From: Eledone cirrhosa
Lineage: Eukaryota
Assembly (NCBI GenBank): GCA_964016885.1
Contig: OZ024743.1
Coordinates: 372,558,001 to 372,622,000, forward strand
DNA length: 64,000 bases
Direction of reading: 5' to 3'
In this document: positions 49,079 to 61,249 of the stretch, piece after piece
Layout: each line of letters starts with the position of its first letter
Numbering within the stretch: position 1 is the first letter of the stretch
Position numbers and translations under genes: made by a program
The notes under the pieces: model-generated
Databases searched by the model: none
Seen by the model: the letters and a program-made list of their open reading frames with translations, nothing else
Told to the model about the DNA's origin: nothing

Positions 49079-52000
49079 GATAGCAACTAACAGTGCTGCG
49101 ATCGAATGTGGCTTTTTAGCCCAGCCAATGATCCAAAATGTCTTGCACAGAGTCGGCAACCAAAACATTTACTGGGAATAGTCGGCTGTGGTTGGAGTTC
49201 GTGTACTTTTGCATGTCGCTTGAGTCCTCCTGCTGATTTACATTCTCTACCACATGTTTGGCAAGCATGATGAGTAGCATCTCCAACAGCAGCCTGGTAG
49301 TCAACCACTGGTCTTACTTTATGACTGCGAAGATGACTTTCGAGTCCAGCTTTGCTTAGGCAGAGTCTCGCACAGACGCTGCATGTCAGAAACATAGGAG
49401 GACCCTCGCCGTCTGGAAGTGCAACAGCAATACCCTTCCTCACGTCCCGCTTTACTTTCTCGTGTGCGATTCGAGATGCCTCAAAGGCAACTTTTCCCTC
49501 ATATACAGTCTTTCTCCATTTATTACGATCAGCAGCAACATTTTCCCATGTATCAGCAGAGATGTTAGCGTCTCTCAGAGAGGCCTTCAAGGAATCCTTA
49601 TACCTCTTTTTTGGTTTATGTGGCGGTCGTTTTCCTTTAACCAACTCTCCATAGAAGAGTTGTTTTGGTATTCTAGAATCCTTCATCCTGGCAAGGTGAC
49701 CACTCCAACGGAGTCGCTGCTTAAGCACAAGAGCTTCTATACTGTCACACATAGAGCTTTCCAAAATCTCGACATCACTGATGTGGTCCCTCCAGCGAAC
49801 GCCATGTATCCGTCTGAGACACATCTGATGGAAACGCTCCAATTGCTTAAGGTGGCGTCGATATGTGACCCAGGTCTCGCAGGCATAAAGAAGACAAGAG
49901 AGTACACATGCCCTGTACACCTTTACCTTTGTCCTCCTGCATATGTCTCGCCGACCCCAGAGTCGCCTTTCTAGCTTTCCGAAAGCATCACTTGCTTTCC
50001 TAATCCTAAGTGAGATTTCACTGTCAAGGTTGCCGTATCGATTGACAGTGCTTCCCAGGTAGACAAACTGATCAACCACTCCAAGTCGTTTGCCATACAC
50101 ATAGATGTTTGGTTCAGTGTACTGCCTACCAGGTGCAGGTTGGTACATGACGACGGTTTTCTTGAGACTGACAGTCAAACCCAGGGCAGTGCAAGCGTCA
50201 GAAAATACATTCAAAATGTGCTGCATATCACTCTCTGTGTGCGCTACAAGATCGCAATCATCTGCATACAAGAGGTCTCTTATGACCGATGTAAATACTT
50301 TTGTCTTCGCAGCAAAGCGCCTGATGTTAAATATGCTGCCTGAGGTTCGATATCGGATGTAAACACCATGCTCGCAATTCCTGAATGCAATACAGAAAAC
50401 CATTGCAAAGTATATGGCAAACAGGGTCGGTGCTGGAATATCCCCCTGTTTCACTCCATTTTTTACTGAGATAGGCTCCGACATGTTACCTCCGACATTA
50501 ACCCAAGCCTTCATGTCGTCATGGAAAGACCTAACTAAAGCAAGGAACTTATCAGGGCAACCAAGTTTCTGGAGAACCTTCCATAATGCATCTCTGTTGA
50601 CAGTATCGAAAGCCTTTGTCAGATCGACAAAAACCTGATACAGATCCAAGCCCTGTTCAATGCACTTCTCCTGGAGCTGTCTAGCTGAGAAGATCATATC
50701 AGTAGTGCCGCGTCCAACACGAAAACCAGATTGACTTTCAGGAAGGACACAATCTGCAATGTGTGTCAGCAGACGGTCCAGAAGCACCCTACATAAAACT
50801 TTCCCCACGACAGAAAGCAATGATATACCTCTGTAGTTCCCACAATCATTCCTGTTACCCTTTCCCTTGTACAAGACCACCATTACTGCATCTCTCCAGT
50901 CCTCAGGCACGGATTCATTAGCCCATATCCCTCCAAACAGAGAGTGAAGATGTTGCAGGAGTCTCTCACCACCATATTGTAGGAGCTCAGCATGTATGCC
51001 ATCCATACCTGGAGATCTTCCACTGTTCAGCTTCGAAATAGCCACTGCAACCTCCACAAGTGTCGGAGGCTCTGCGAGAGCTACTTTCACAGGACTTTCC
51101 GGAATGAGATTGAGGAAATCTTCACTGACGACAGACGGCTGATTCAAAAGATCATCAAAGTGCTCTCGCCACCTTCGTAGAATTCCCTGTGAGTCACGAA
51201 GAAGTTCTTTGCCATCCCTGCTGCGAATCGGTGTCACCAGAGAAGAAGACGGTCCATAAACCTCACGCAAGAGACTGTACAACAGCTTTGTGTTATTGCA
51301 ATCAGACGCAGTTTGTATCTCACCAGCCTTCTCACTCCACCACTGATCCTTCATCTGAGAAAGACTCCGCCTAACACGTGATTTTACATCCCTGAGCTCC
51401 TCATGCAACGTATTCCTCTCCTGTGGTCTTGCCGTCAAGTAGCGTGACAGAGCGCGCCTCTTATCAGCCAACAAGTCATCTATATGCACATCTTTCTCAT
51501 TAAACCAGTCCTGATGTTTTCTCTGCACCAATCCCAGAACACGTCTGCCTACATCATAAACCGACTTTTTAAGGGTCGGCCAATCCTCACCAAGATCTGC
51601 AGCCTGCATCTCTTCTTCCAATGTCCTCTTCACATTTTTATCCTTAAGACGAGCAGCATTCAATCTTTTGGGCAGGGTAACACCAGGAGCCCGGATTTTA
51701 CGTTTGGTGATTAGATTCACTTTTGCGCGTACCAGGCGGTGGTCCGTCCAGCACTCAGCTCCACGAAGAACACGAACACACCGCACATCCTGTCTGTCAC
51801 GCATCCTGACTAGGACGTAGTCCAAAAGATGCCATTCCTTAGATGCAGGATGCATCCATGTGGTCTTGAATTTGTTCTTTTGTTGGAACATGGTGTTGGT
51901 AACACACAGATCCAGCTCCTCACACATCTGCAGCAAGAGCATACCATTGCTGTTACACTTTCCCACCCCATGCCTTCCGATTACATTCCATGTGTTAAAA

Positions 52001-52641
52001 TCCCTACCCACTCTAGCATTAAAGTCACCAAGCACGACGACTTTGTCTGCCTGAGGGATATTTCTTAAAACACCTTTCAAGGCATGGTAAAAGGACAGTT
52101 TTTCTTCATCGACAGAATTCATAGTTGGAGCATACACACTCACCAGGGTAGCATATCTTCCCTTGTCCAGCGGAACTCTCATGGACATAAGACGCTCACT
52201 AATCCCCACTGGGAATTCTTCTAATTTATTCACCAGTACAGTCTTAACAGCAAATCCTACCCCAGCCTCTCTTCTGGTTCCTTCATCTCTTCCTTTCCAG
52301 AAGAATGTATATTCTCCACAAAATTCCGTAAGATGACCATCTCCAGCTAACCTCGTCTCAGACAAAGCCACGATGTCAAGATCGTAACGTCGAAGCTCCT
52401 TCGCAACAAGAGCGGTCCTTCGTTCAGGACGCTCCAAAGAATCCCTGTCAAGCAGCGTCCGTACGTTCCAGCAGCCAAGACTAAATGCCCTGTTTGGCTC
52501 TATTACAATGGCACGATGACGGGCGGGCCCAGGTTGTGATAACTTGGGGCCCCTGCCCTTATTGCCAATGATCTCTTTTGTTCCAGAACCCAAATTGGCA
52601 ATTATCTCGTTTACATTGTTCTGGAACATCATTGAATTGGG

Positions 52642-52673
<32 letters not shown>

Positions 52674-52678
52674 TAATA

Positions 52679-52715
<37 letters not shown>

Positions 52716-53014
52716 ACTATTAATAATTATTAATGCACTCGTGCAATGCCTGTGCGTGACGAATATTTTTAAAGTGAGGAAAGACTGTGCACTGAACCAA
52801 TCCCACTCTCTGAGCGACAGTAGCTATAACCCGAAAAGAAGAAAAGATCAACATCATCGGTAACTACTGAGCCGCAGGTTTTATATCGGAGTTAACCCAG
52901 TTTCCTGAGATGCCTTCTCCTAGAAGAATACCCTGACATGGGCTAGGGGTTCTTCACTCCCAGTGGTTTAACTGCGCGATCGGGCATCCAGCCCGATTAT
53001 TTCTATGTCCCCGC

Positions 53015-53053
<39 letters not shown>

Positions 53054-53494
53054 ACTTATTGACACTTATACGTACGACATACACACACACGCATACATAT
53101 GCGTGCACACAGCAACACTCACACACACAACAAACACACACACACGCTACTCTACTCCCTTACACGCACGCACACACACACATATATATATATATATATT
53201 ACCGTCATTACTGATACAAGATTACCAGATTATGTCAACTGTTGACTTTCAAGAGTTTGTATAGTTGAAGCCGATCGTATTACAGTCCAGTATTACTATA
53301 ATTGCTTTACAGCATAGAGTTATGGCTCTCCACGGAGTCAACAAAAGAGAGTACCAGTGATGCGCTGGCCAGTCGCTGGATCCGTGCCAAAAGCAGAAAA
53401 ATTATTATTAAAGTTGTTCTTAAGGTCGCTGGTGATGGTGATGGCGACGGCGGTGGCGGTGGTGGTGGTGGTGGCAGTTGATGTTGTTGTTCTG

Positions 53495-53535
<41 letters not shown>

Positions 53536-53628
53536 GTTATTTTGAGTTTTTTTTTTTTTCCTTTCTTTTTTTCTCCTTTTTTTTTTTTTTCCCTTCCCTT
53601 TTCTTTTTTCTTTTCCCTTCCTTTTTTA
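48614..53628 (-). mobile_element. Full-length RTE-BovB-like LINE, copy 2 (intact ORF)
   Basis: About 1 kb 5' UTR, single long ORF, microsatellite-rich 3' UTR. Confidence 0.96.
49087..52632 (-). CDS. RTE polyprotein: AP endonuclease, reverse transcriptase, three C2H2 zinc fingers
   Basis: WNVRTL, LSETR, YAPT, GDFNA, TDH; FVDLTKAFD, KQG, YADD; three CxxC..GL..H..H repeats. Confidence 0.97.
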   Translation of the reverse strand: MMFQNNVNEIIANLGSGTKEIIGNKGRGPKLSQPGPARHRAIVIEPNRAFSLGCWNVRTLLDRDSLERPERRTALVAKELRRYDLDIVALSETRLAGDGHLTEFCGEYTFFWKGRDEGTRREAGVGFAVKTVLVNKLEEFPVGISERLMSMRVPLDKGRYATLVSVYAPTMNSVDEEKLSFYHALKGVLRNIPQADKVVVLGDFNARVGRDFNTWNVIGRHGVGKCNSNGMLLLQMCEELDLCVTNTMFQQKNKFKTTWMHPASKEWHLLDYVLVRMRDRQDVRCVRVLRGAECWTDHRLVRAKVNLITKRKIRAPGVTLPKRLNAARLKDKNVKRTLEEEMQAADLGEDWPTLKKSVYDVGRRVLGLVQRKHQDWFNEKDVHIDDLLADKRRALSRYLTARPQERNTLHEELRDVKSRVRRSLSQMKDQWWSEKAGEIQTASDCNNTKLLYSLLREVYGPSSSLVTPIRSRDGKELLRDSQGILRRWREHFDDLLNQPSVVSEDFLNLIPESPVKVALAEPPTLVEVAVAISKLNSGRSPGMDGIHAELLQYGGERLLQHLHSLFGGIWANESVPEDWRDAVMVVLYKGKGNRNDCGNYRGISLLSVVGKVLCRVLLDRLLTHIADCVLPESQSGFRVGRGTTDMIFSARQLQEKCIEQGLDLYQVFVDLTKAFDTVNRDALWKVLQKLGCPDKFLALVRSFHDDMKAWVNVGGNMSEPISVKNGVKQGDIPAPTLFAIYFAMVFCIAFRNCEHGVYIRYRTSGSIFNIRRFAAKTKVFTSVIRDLLYADDCDLVAHTESDMQHILNVFSDACTALGLTVSLKKTVVMYQPAPGRQYTEPNIYVYGKRLGVVDQFVYLGSTVNRYGNLDSEISLRIRKASDAFGKLERRLWGRRDICRRTKVKVYRACVLSCLLYACETWVTYRRHLKQLERFHQMCLRRIHGVRWRDHISDVEILESSMCDSIEALVLKQRLRWSGHLARMKDSRIPKQLFYGELVKGKRPPHKPKKRYKDSLKASLRDANISADTWENVAADRNKWRKTVYEGKVAFEASRIAHEKVKRDVRKGIAVALPDGEGPPMFLTCSVCARLCLSKAGLESHLRSHKVRPVVDYQAAVGDATHHACQTCGRECKSAGGLKRHAKVHELQPQPTIPSKCFGCRLCARHFGSLAGLKSHIRSQHC

Positions 53629-53632
53629 TACA

Positions 53633-53666
<34 letters not shown>

Positions 53667-53676
53667 ATATAATAGA

Positions 53677-53779
53677 TAGTCCTATGCGAGCAAGACAATC
53701 ACTCTTGCCTCAAGTGGGAAAACCCCCGTCCAAACCCATGCAAGCGTGGAACACGGACGTTAAAGGTTGATGATGATGA

Positions 53780-53783
<4 letters not shown>
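53677..53783 (+). mobile_element. Short RTE 3'-end remnant
   Basis: Matches 63505-63618. Confidence 0.85.
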
Positions 53784-53818
<35 letters not shown>

Positions 53819-53821
<3 letters not shown>

Positions 53822-54004
53822 CGAAGGAAATGTGGTAAGGAACCAGGTGGACCATAACGCACCAAAGTACTCAATACTTGGGGTAGTAGAGTGGGTAATA
53901 GGAACCAGTAAGACCCCGACGGCTGAGCTCAAGCCGTTTCGACGGCTAATTCTAGAATTAGCCGTCGAAACGGCTTGAGCTCAGCCGTCGGGGTCTTACT
54001 GGTT

Positions 54005-54009
<5 letters not shown>
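53819..54009. mobile_element. Fold-back Penelope-like micro-insertion with perfect 112-bp palindrome
   Basis: 53898-54009 is self-complementary around TCT|AGA; about 80 bp one-sided tail; flanked by (TA)n. Confidence 0.8.
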
Positions 54010-54064
<55 letters not shown>

Positions 54065-54065
54065 C

Positions 54066-54097
<32 letters not shown>

Positions 54098-54189
54098 GTG
54101 GGGCGACCGGCTAAGGTAGAGGGTGCAAGATAGCGGTCGCCCTCGGGTCCTCGATTTTCAGCCCCATGGATTTTATCTATTACATTCAC

Positions 54190-54266
54190 TTATTATATTT
54201 CGAATACCTGATGATGTCACCGGATTCATACGGAACCCGGTCATTGAAATGATCAAAGTATAATAA
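54190..54266 (+). ncRNA. Hammerhead-like motif in a Penelope-like remnant (about 54098-54310), U16.1 mutated
   Basis: ATAC-CTGATGA-..ACCGG..CCGGT..-GAAA-TGATCA-AA-GTAT. Confidence 0.62.
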
Positions 54267-54317
54267 ACCTTTGAAGGATTTACACAAATCCAGCCTCCTG
54301 TCATTTCATTATAATAT

Positions 54318-54386
<69 letters not shown>

Positions 54387-54499
54387 CTATATATATATGT
54401 GTGTGTCTGTCTATATATATATATATATATATTATATTATATATATATGTATGTATGCATGTATATATATATATATATATAGATAGATACACACACACA

Positions 54500-54575
<76 letters not shown>

Positions 54576-54590
54576 TACACACACACACCA

Positions 54591-54621
<31 letters not shown>

Positions 54622-54995
54622 GGAGGCACATGGCTTAGTGGTTAGAGCATTGGGCTTGCAATCGAAAGGTTGTGAGACCGGGTGATGTGTTGTTTCCTTG
54701 AGCAAGACACTTTATTTCACATTGCTCCAGTTTACTCAGCTGTAGAAATGAGATGATAGGGACTGGGGTCCCTATCATTCCACTGCAAAGTGGTCATGAA
54801 GGTGGCACAGCAAAAACAGCACCCAGCCCACACTGTAAAAATGGACGTGGAGGCGCCACAGAAAAAAAGCCCCCAGCACTCACTGTAAATGAGGTTGGTG
54901 TTAGGAAGAACATCCAGCTGTAGAAATCAAGCCAGAATCAGTTCCCGTCCCACTCTTGCAAGCAGGGAAAAGCGGACGTAAAATGATGATGATGA
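54622..54995 (+). mobile_element. tRNA-derived SINE variant (B box deleted, extra 3' unit)
   Basis: Same family as 14603-14933. Confidence 0.87.
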
Positions 54996-55077
54996 TATAT
55001 ATGTAAAAGGTAAACAGAAATAACAACACAATCGGTACAGAATATGGAAGGGATATATATATATATACACACACATA

Positions 55078-55537
55078 TCATCATCATCATTTTACGTCCG
55101 TTGTTTCATGCTTGCATAGGTTGACAGGTCCTTCTCAGTACAGCATCGATCCACTTGTCGCGTTCCTTTGTCATCTCCTGTGTGAGCTTCAGTGATCTGA
55201 AATCAGCTCTCACCACTTCCATCCAGGTTTTCCTTCATCTTCCTCTACTGCAGCTTCCTTCCTCTGGTATTACTTGGCACTTCTTCACTCAGCAATCATC
55301 TTCCATATGCATCACTTGTCCATATCAGCACAATCACCTCTCGTGCACACTACTTCTGATTCCTCTAATACCAGCTTCTCCCTCAGTTCATCCATGCTTT
55401 GTCGTTCTCTCACATTAACATTGCACATCCATCTAAGCATGCTTGCCTCATTTCTCTCCAGCCTCTGTGTTCACTGCCCATGTCCCACTATCATGCAGCA
55501 TGGCACAATGCACACAGGTACTGTGCAGCTAACCTTT
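55078..55537 (-). mobile_element. Old RTE 3' fragment
   Basis: (CAT)n end; degraded RT C-terminus. Confidence 0.7.
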
Positions 55538-55539
55538 CA

Positions 55540-56445
55540 TAGCTTAATCTGTAGGAGAGCTAGAGGCAAAATTTCAAGCATGGAAGAAGAACTTAAAGTT
55601 AAAAGGCCTAAATGTAAATTTAGCAAAGATGAAAGTCTTAATAAGTAGGAAAGAAGACAGGAAAGTGATCCCATCAGGGAAATGGCCATGCTTGATATGT
55701 CAGAAAGGTGTGGGCAGAAATTCCATAAGGTGCACACAGTGTAAACTATGGATGCACAAGAGAAGCAGTGGGATTGCAGGTAGGTTAACGGAAAAGATAG
55801 ACTTTATATATGGCAGATGCACAGGGGAAGTGAGCCCAAAGAGCACATGTGAAATAGATTCCCTCAGCTGCCAGGGGGGCTCCTTTAAAGTTTTTGACAG
55901 CTTTTGTTACTTAGACGATCAAATTAGCAGTCAGAGAGAATGTGCTTGAAGGTGATAGCTAAGATAAGAACAGGCTGGAAGAACTTTAGATATTTATTAC
56001 TGCTGCTAACAACAAAATGCTTTTCTCTCAGAATGAAGGGTATGATTTCTATGTACGAACTGCAATGCTACATGGTAGTGATACATGGGATTTGACAACA
56101 GAATACCTGTGGAGACTAGAAAGAAAGGAGTTGAGTATGCTGTGATGGGTGTGTAATGTTAGTGTGCATGAACGACATAGCATAAACAAACTAAGGGAAA
56201 AACTTGACATAAGAAGAATTGGATGTAGTGTGCAAGAGAGAAGACTGCATTGTTATGGACATGTGATGCAAATGGAAAATAGGAGCCACATAAAGAAATG
56301 TAGAGAAACCCCATGGAAGAGGCAGACCCAGGTAGACATGGAATGAGGTTGTGAAGACCAGCCTTAAAAAACTAACCTCACAACAGAAATGACTAAAAAC
56401 TGTGAGATCTGGCGCTATGTGTTGCTGAAGAAGACCCAACCTGCA
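55540..56445 (+). mobile_element. Old degraded RTE fragment with PHD-like finger
   Basis: GKWPCLICQKGVGRNSIRCTQCKLWMHKR; QERRL..YGHVM. Confidence 0.82.
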
Positions 56446-56661
56446 ACATACACTGTGGCCTGAACTCTGTCTATGCCCCTCCCCCTTCCATAAGCACTCA
56501 CTAACAACTATTCTCAATATCGGTACACCACACACACTCACATGTCCCCCCCCCACCCCACACACACTCTCCCATACTTCCCACACACATTCCTGGTTGC
56601 TGCTCCCTTGCGAAGTGGTTGGTGATATATATCATCATCATCATCGTTGTTTTATATATAT

Positions 56662-56662
<1 letters not shown>

Positions 56663-56694
<32 letters not shown>

Positions 56695-57156
56695 GTTTAA
56701 TGTCCATATTCCCCGCTTGCATGGGTTTGGACGGAAGTTTTCCCACTTGAGGCAAGAGTGGTTGTCTTGCTTCCATAGGACTGTCTGGCGGGTTTTCTAA
56801 CACCAACCACATTTACAGTGTGGGTCTGGGAGGTTTTTACCGTGTTGCCTACACGGCCACATTACAGCGTGAACTGTGTGTTTTTTTGACGTGACACCTA
56901 CACGACCTCATTTGTTTCAGGCTGGATGTTGTGGTACCAACATAACTTTACATTGAACGGGGTGGTGTGGATGGGGTGGGGGTAGTAGGACGGGGGTGTA
57001 TTTTGTTAGAGGTGCCTACTGACTGTAGTAGGTTTCACTTTGTATTTAGGTAAGGCGGGTCTTCTCTATTACTGTGTAGCGCCAAAGCTCTCGGTCCAGT
57101 GACATTGTCTTGGAGAGGTGTAAGTGTGTGAGGTCGGAATTTATCAAGTCGTCCCA
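56663..57156 (-). mobile_element. RTE 3' fragment
   Basis: Similar to about 23564-24177. Confidence 0.88.
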
Positions 57157-57284
57157 GATACATGCACACATATACATATGTATTATATGCAAAAAGTCAA
57201 TGAAAAACAACATAGGATACCAATACAGTAGAATAATGGTATATATTAGTTTAACGCTAGATATAGTTGGAAAAGAAAAAGTGC

Positions 57285-57320
57285 CTTAATGTTTCAGACA
57301 TTAGTCCTTCATCAGAAGAT
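57285..57320 (-). ncRNA. Degenerate minimal hammerhead-like motif
   Basis: CTT-CTGATGA-AGGAC-TAAT-GTCT-GAAA-CAT-TA-AGG. Confidence 0.4.
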
Positions 57321-58644
57321 AGAATGTGGAATAAAAGAAGAAATAGAAAAAATAGACAAGAATAAGAAAAGGAAGAAATGAGGAAAAAATAGTATTTTTT
57401 TTACAGGAGGAAAGTGCATGTGTGTTTAGTCATAAGACATATTATGAACATATTTTCAACTTTTTCAAAAGACGTAATTTTACTTAGTTAGTAAGAAGAG
57501 ATAATACACCTCTTTCTTTAATAAATTGGATTTACTATTATAGATAATATCAAACACACTAGACATTCTTATTTATTATTAACCCAGCCTGGCTTTATTT
57601 ATAGTTTACAAACATTAACTTTATTCTCTTTGTCTAAGAGAAGGATTGGGATGGGTAGGGTAGCATAACTGTCTAGATTATATGTGGTTCGATAGCTCAT
57701 CATCATCTTCATCACCACTGTTTAATGCAGTCATGGGCACACTGTGGTCTGCTGGCCACATGTGGCCTATTTGGCTTTCTGAATGGCATGCTTAATTTTA
57801 AATTTGTCTTGATTTTCTTTTAGTAGTATGGCCTGCCTTATGATGAGTCATATACAATGCGGCCCACCACTCAAAAAAGATTGCCTATGCCTGGTTTAAC
57901 GTCTATTTTCCATACGTGCATGGGTTAGACAGGTTATCACATTATGAGGCTACAGATCTGTTTGTATGGCCGGAAGCCTTTCCTAACATCAACCACATTA
58001 GTTTGTATGGCCGGAAGCCCTTCCTAACATCAACCACATTAGTTTGTAATGGGAGCTTTTTTTGTGACACCACCACTATCACTTTACAAGGTGGATTTGG
58101 TACTTTTCATTGTGACACCAGAATGACTACCTGACAGAGTGGACTGGGTGCTTGTGTTTTGTCAAGGTACAAGCATGACTACCTTAGTGGGTGAACTGGG
58201 AGCTTTTGTAGTTACGGAACCAGCACTATCACCATACTATAGATCTATAATTATAGTATGACCCAAGAACCTATAATGTGGTTTGAGGTGTTTGAAATGT
58301 AGTCTTAAGTGTTTGTGAAGATATGTGACTTTGTGGTTTGAGTGTTTGGCTCATGATCATCAAAATTGTGAGTTTGATTCCTAGACTGGGCAGCGTATTG
58401 TGTCCTTGAGTATGATACTTTATTTGACATTACCCCTGGTCACTCAGCCTACAAAAGTGAATTACACCTGTAATTCATGGGGTTAGCCTTGTCACACATT
58501 TTGTTACTCTGAATCTCTCCTTTTTAAGTCCGCTTTTCCATAAAAACAATGAAAAAAAAACGATGATGAAAGATTCTTACATAAAAGTATGATGGAAACA
58601 TAAACACTTTCTTTAGATATATTCCAAACACCAGTTTAATAATT

Positions 58645-58829
58645 GTTTCTACTTTAGGCACAGGGCCAGCAATTACCCAGTGCATTACTGGTACTTTATT
58701 TTATCGACCCCATAAGGATGAAAGGCAAAGTCAACCTCGATGGGATTTGAACTCAGATCGTAAAGGGACGTAACTATGCTGGAAAGCATGGCGTCCGACC
58801 CTCTATCGATACTGCCAATCCACCGCCCT
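58645..58829 (-). mobile_element. Nin-type SINE
   Basis: Close to 15590-15774. Confidence 0.75.
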
Positions 58830-59119
58830 TTAATAATGAGAAAGTTAGTTATATAACTAAATCTCTCAAAATTTTGTTTCAATTTCACAGGCTTGTCACC
58901 AGACTTTGGTGCTTGGGAAGTGGGTGGACATCAGAACATTGTGGGTGGGCCCATTCTTGTGCAAGGAACGTATTTCAGGATGTTTTTTTTTTTTATATAT
59001 ATAAACTAAATCTTGTAAATTTACCCCAGTACACGACTGGTACTTTATTTTATCATTTTACTCTTACCATGTCCCTAGTTATTTCCACAACAATAAAGAA
59101 ATATGGTTTATAACATTAT

Positions 59120-59180
59120 TTCTGGATCTAGCTGTCAAAACGGCTGGAGCTCAGCCGTCAGGGTCCTGAATCTTTTCATA
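59120..59180 (+). mobile_element. Degraded remnant of the 27.4/53.9-kb Penelope-like family
   Basis: TAGCTGTCAAAACGGCTGGAGCTCAGCCGTCAGGGTC. Confidence 0.6.
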
Positions 59181-59632
59181 TATATATATCTACATATATA
59201 TATTCATATTGTGTGTATAATACATATATGTAGTTCAAAGAAACGACAAAACTGAGATACAAAAAGTCTTATTAGTTTCACACTTTATATGGAATAGGGG
59301 TTTGGAGGTGGAATTATATTTAATGGGTAGAGGTGATCACATAGAGTCTTCTTCATTTGGATTTTGCTGTTGATGTTGAGATTAGATTAGAAGTGTTTGT
59401 AACCAATACCAACACAGACTGGCTTTTGAAAAATGTCTGGTTTTCATTAACATGATATTCTATGAATAACCCATGATTCTGCCATTCTAAACTGTTTATG
59501 TTATAGTGTTTACATTTATCTAAAAAACCTTCTATAATATTATACTCTGGAAGAGTCATGCAGTCAATAAAAACACACTCACCAGTTGAGTTTCACTCTG
59601 GTTTTATAAGATAAGATAATGATAATGAAAAT

Positions 59633-59945
59633 TGTGTACAGTGCTCAGGTGCACTACAACTCATGAAAGGTGCATCTATAGTACATAGAATAATGTACAA
59701 ATGTCAAAAAAGTGAACAGTGTATGAGTCATGATATACACACAGATACAGGCAGGCGTGTTTAAGGAGGGGGAATATCAGGTGTAGTGGTGGTGGATTTG
59801 AAGGATGCAATGTCTCAACAGCTAACAGCTGATGCAGGAAGTTTGTTCTATGCTTCAGCAACTCTAAGCATGAAAAAATGTTTCTGAAAGTCATGGGAGC
59901 TGTACTGTTTTCGGATTTTGTAACTAATCCATTCCAAGGTGATGG
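59633..59945 (-). mobile_element. CR1-like LINE 3' fragment
   Basis: Minus strand encodes degraded FRKHFF.LRVAEA(W)NKLPASAVS..ASFK, typical of a CR1 ORF2 end. Confidence 0.65.
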
Positions 59946-60084
59946 AGTAAATAAAAACAAAGAAGAGACACAGAGGAGAGTCATTGAGTAGGTCACAGAT
60001 GTGTGATGAAAAAACTTTAACATTTAAATAACCATCAAGTTACTACACTAACTGATGAATGGATTAGTTACCTGACTAATAATG

Positions 60085-60270
60085 ATTTCTACTTTAGGCA
60101 CAAGGCCAACAATTTTGGGTGAGGAGAAAGTCGATTAAATTAACCCCAGTGCATTACTGGTACTTTATTTTATCAATCCAGTAAGGATGAAAGGTAACGT
60201 AAAGAGCCATAACTCCAAATTGCAAAGCATATTATCCGATGCTCTACCGATACTGCCAATCCACCGCCCT
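60085..60270 (-). mobile_element. Nin-type SINE (internal deletion)
   Basis: Similar to 58645-58829. Confidence 0.68.
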
Positions 60271-60857
60271 TATCTGAATAAAAAGAGTTACACAAATGAG
60301 AAAATGGGAAAGGGGTAGGGAAGGGCAGATCTGGCTGTATGGGAAAGTAGAGGAAAGGACTATGAAAGCCGAGGTTCCATCATTAAAGCAATTTTTTCAA
60401 GATTGTTTGAAAATCAGAGGTAATATCTTAAACTCAAAATATGATAACAAAAAGGTTAACAAGATTAATCTAGATATGTGTACTTTCACTTTGGCCCAAA
60501 CAAACGAAAATAATGGTTTCATTCCTTTTCTGCATTTCTTTTATGTATCATGGAAGTGAACGATTTAAATAAAAGAATGTATAGTATTTCTGATACATGA
60601 TGTGTTGATATATTCCTGAAGATTACGATCAACATATCTGTTTGTATGTCAACATTTCAAATACCACCATCTTTAACCTTCAAATGCCTTCTCTCACTTT
60701 GTATATATTTACTAAGTCATAGATACTGATTATGGGTAAAATATAAACACAATCTGAATGAAACAATTTTGGTAAATTCATGTTTAAATATCACTAATAC
60801 ACAGACATATCTATTCACTACTTTCTTTGGTTTATTTTATTTTTCTCTACTCTCACA

Positions 60858-60899
<42 letters not shown>

Positions 60900-60998
60900 G
60901 TGGTGGAACACTAGAAGGTAATATCCGTAGTGGTAGAGCACTCAGTCCATGGGATGAGTTAGGTAGAAGTGGTTACACAACAGTTAGTTCACCATACC

Positions 60999-61034
60999 GA
61001 GAACAATTGTTTCACCTTAGCGGATCCTCAGCTC
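60999..61034 (-). ncRNA. Minimal hammerhead ribozyme
   Basis: GAG-CTGAGGA-TCC-GCTAA-GGT-GAAA-CAATTG-TT-CTC. Confidence 0.72.
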
Positions 61035-61041
61035 CTAATTA

Positions 61042-61079
61042 CGAGCTGAAGATTCGCTAAGGTGAAACAATTGTTCTCG
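61042..61079 (+). ncRNA. Minimal hammerhead ribozyme
   Basis: CGAG-CTGAAGA-TTCGCTAAGGT-GAAA-CAATTG-TT-CTCG. Confidence 0.72.
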
Positions 61080-61249
61080 GTATGGTGAACTAACTGTTGT
61101 GTAACCACTTCTATATATATATGATGAGTAATATTAAATATTACTCAGTTACAAGTATGAATATAGCTCGATGTAAAATATCAAGTATAATACAGAGCCG
61201 AAATACAATGGAAATAATAATTAAAGAGTATTTAATGTTTCAAACATTT

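Larger units (their letters stand above)
60900..61113. mobile_element. Fold-back Penelope-like micro-insertion with two complete hammerheads
   Basis: Arms 60964-61034 and 61043-61113, 8-nt loop, about 64 bp left-only extension, (TA)n flanks. Confidence 0.8.

Noticed and set aside
53300-53430. HDV-like ribozyme at the RTE 5' end
   Set aside because: Could not fit P1/P1.1/P2/P3 by eye; needs an RNArobo or Infernal search.
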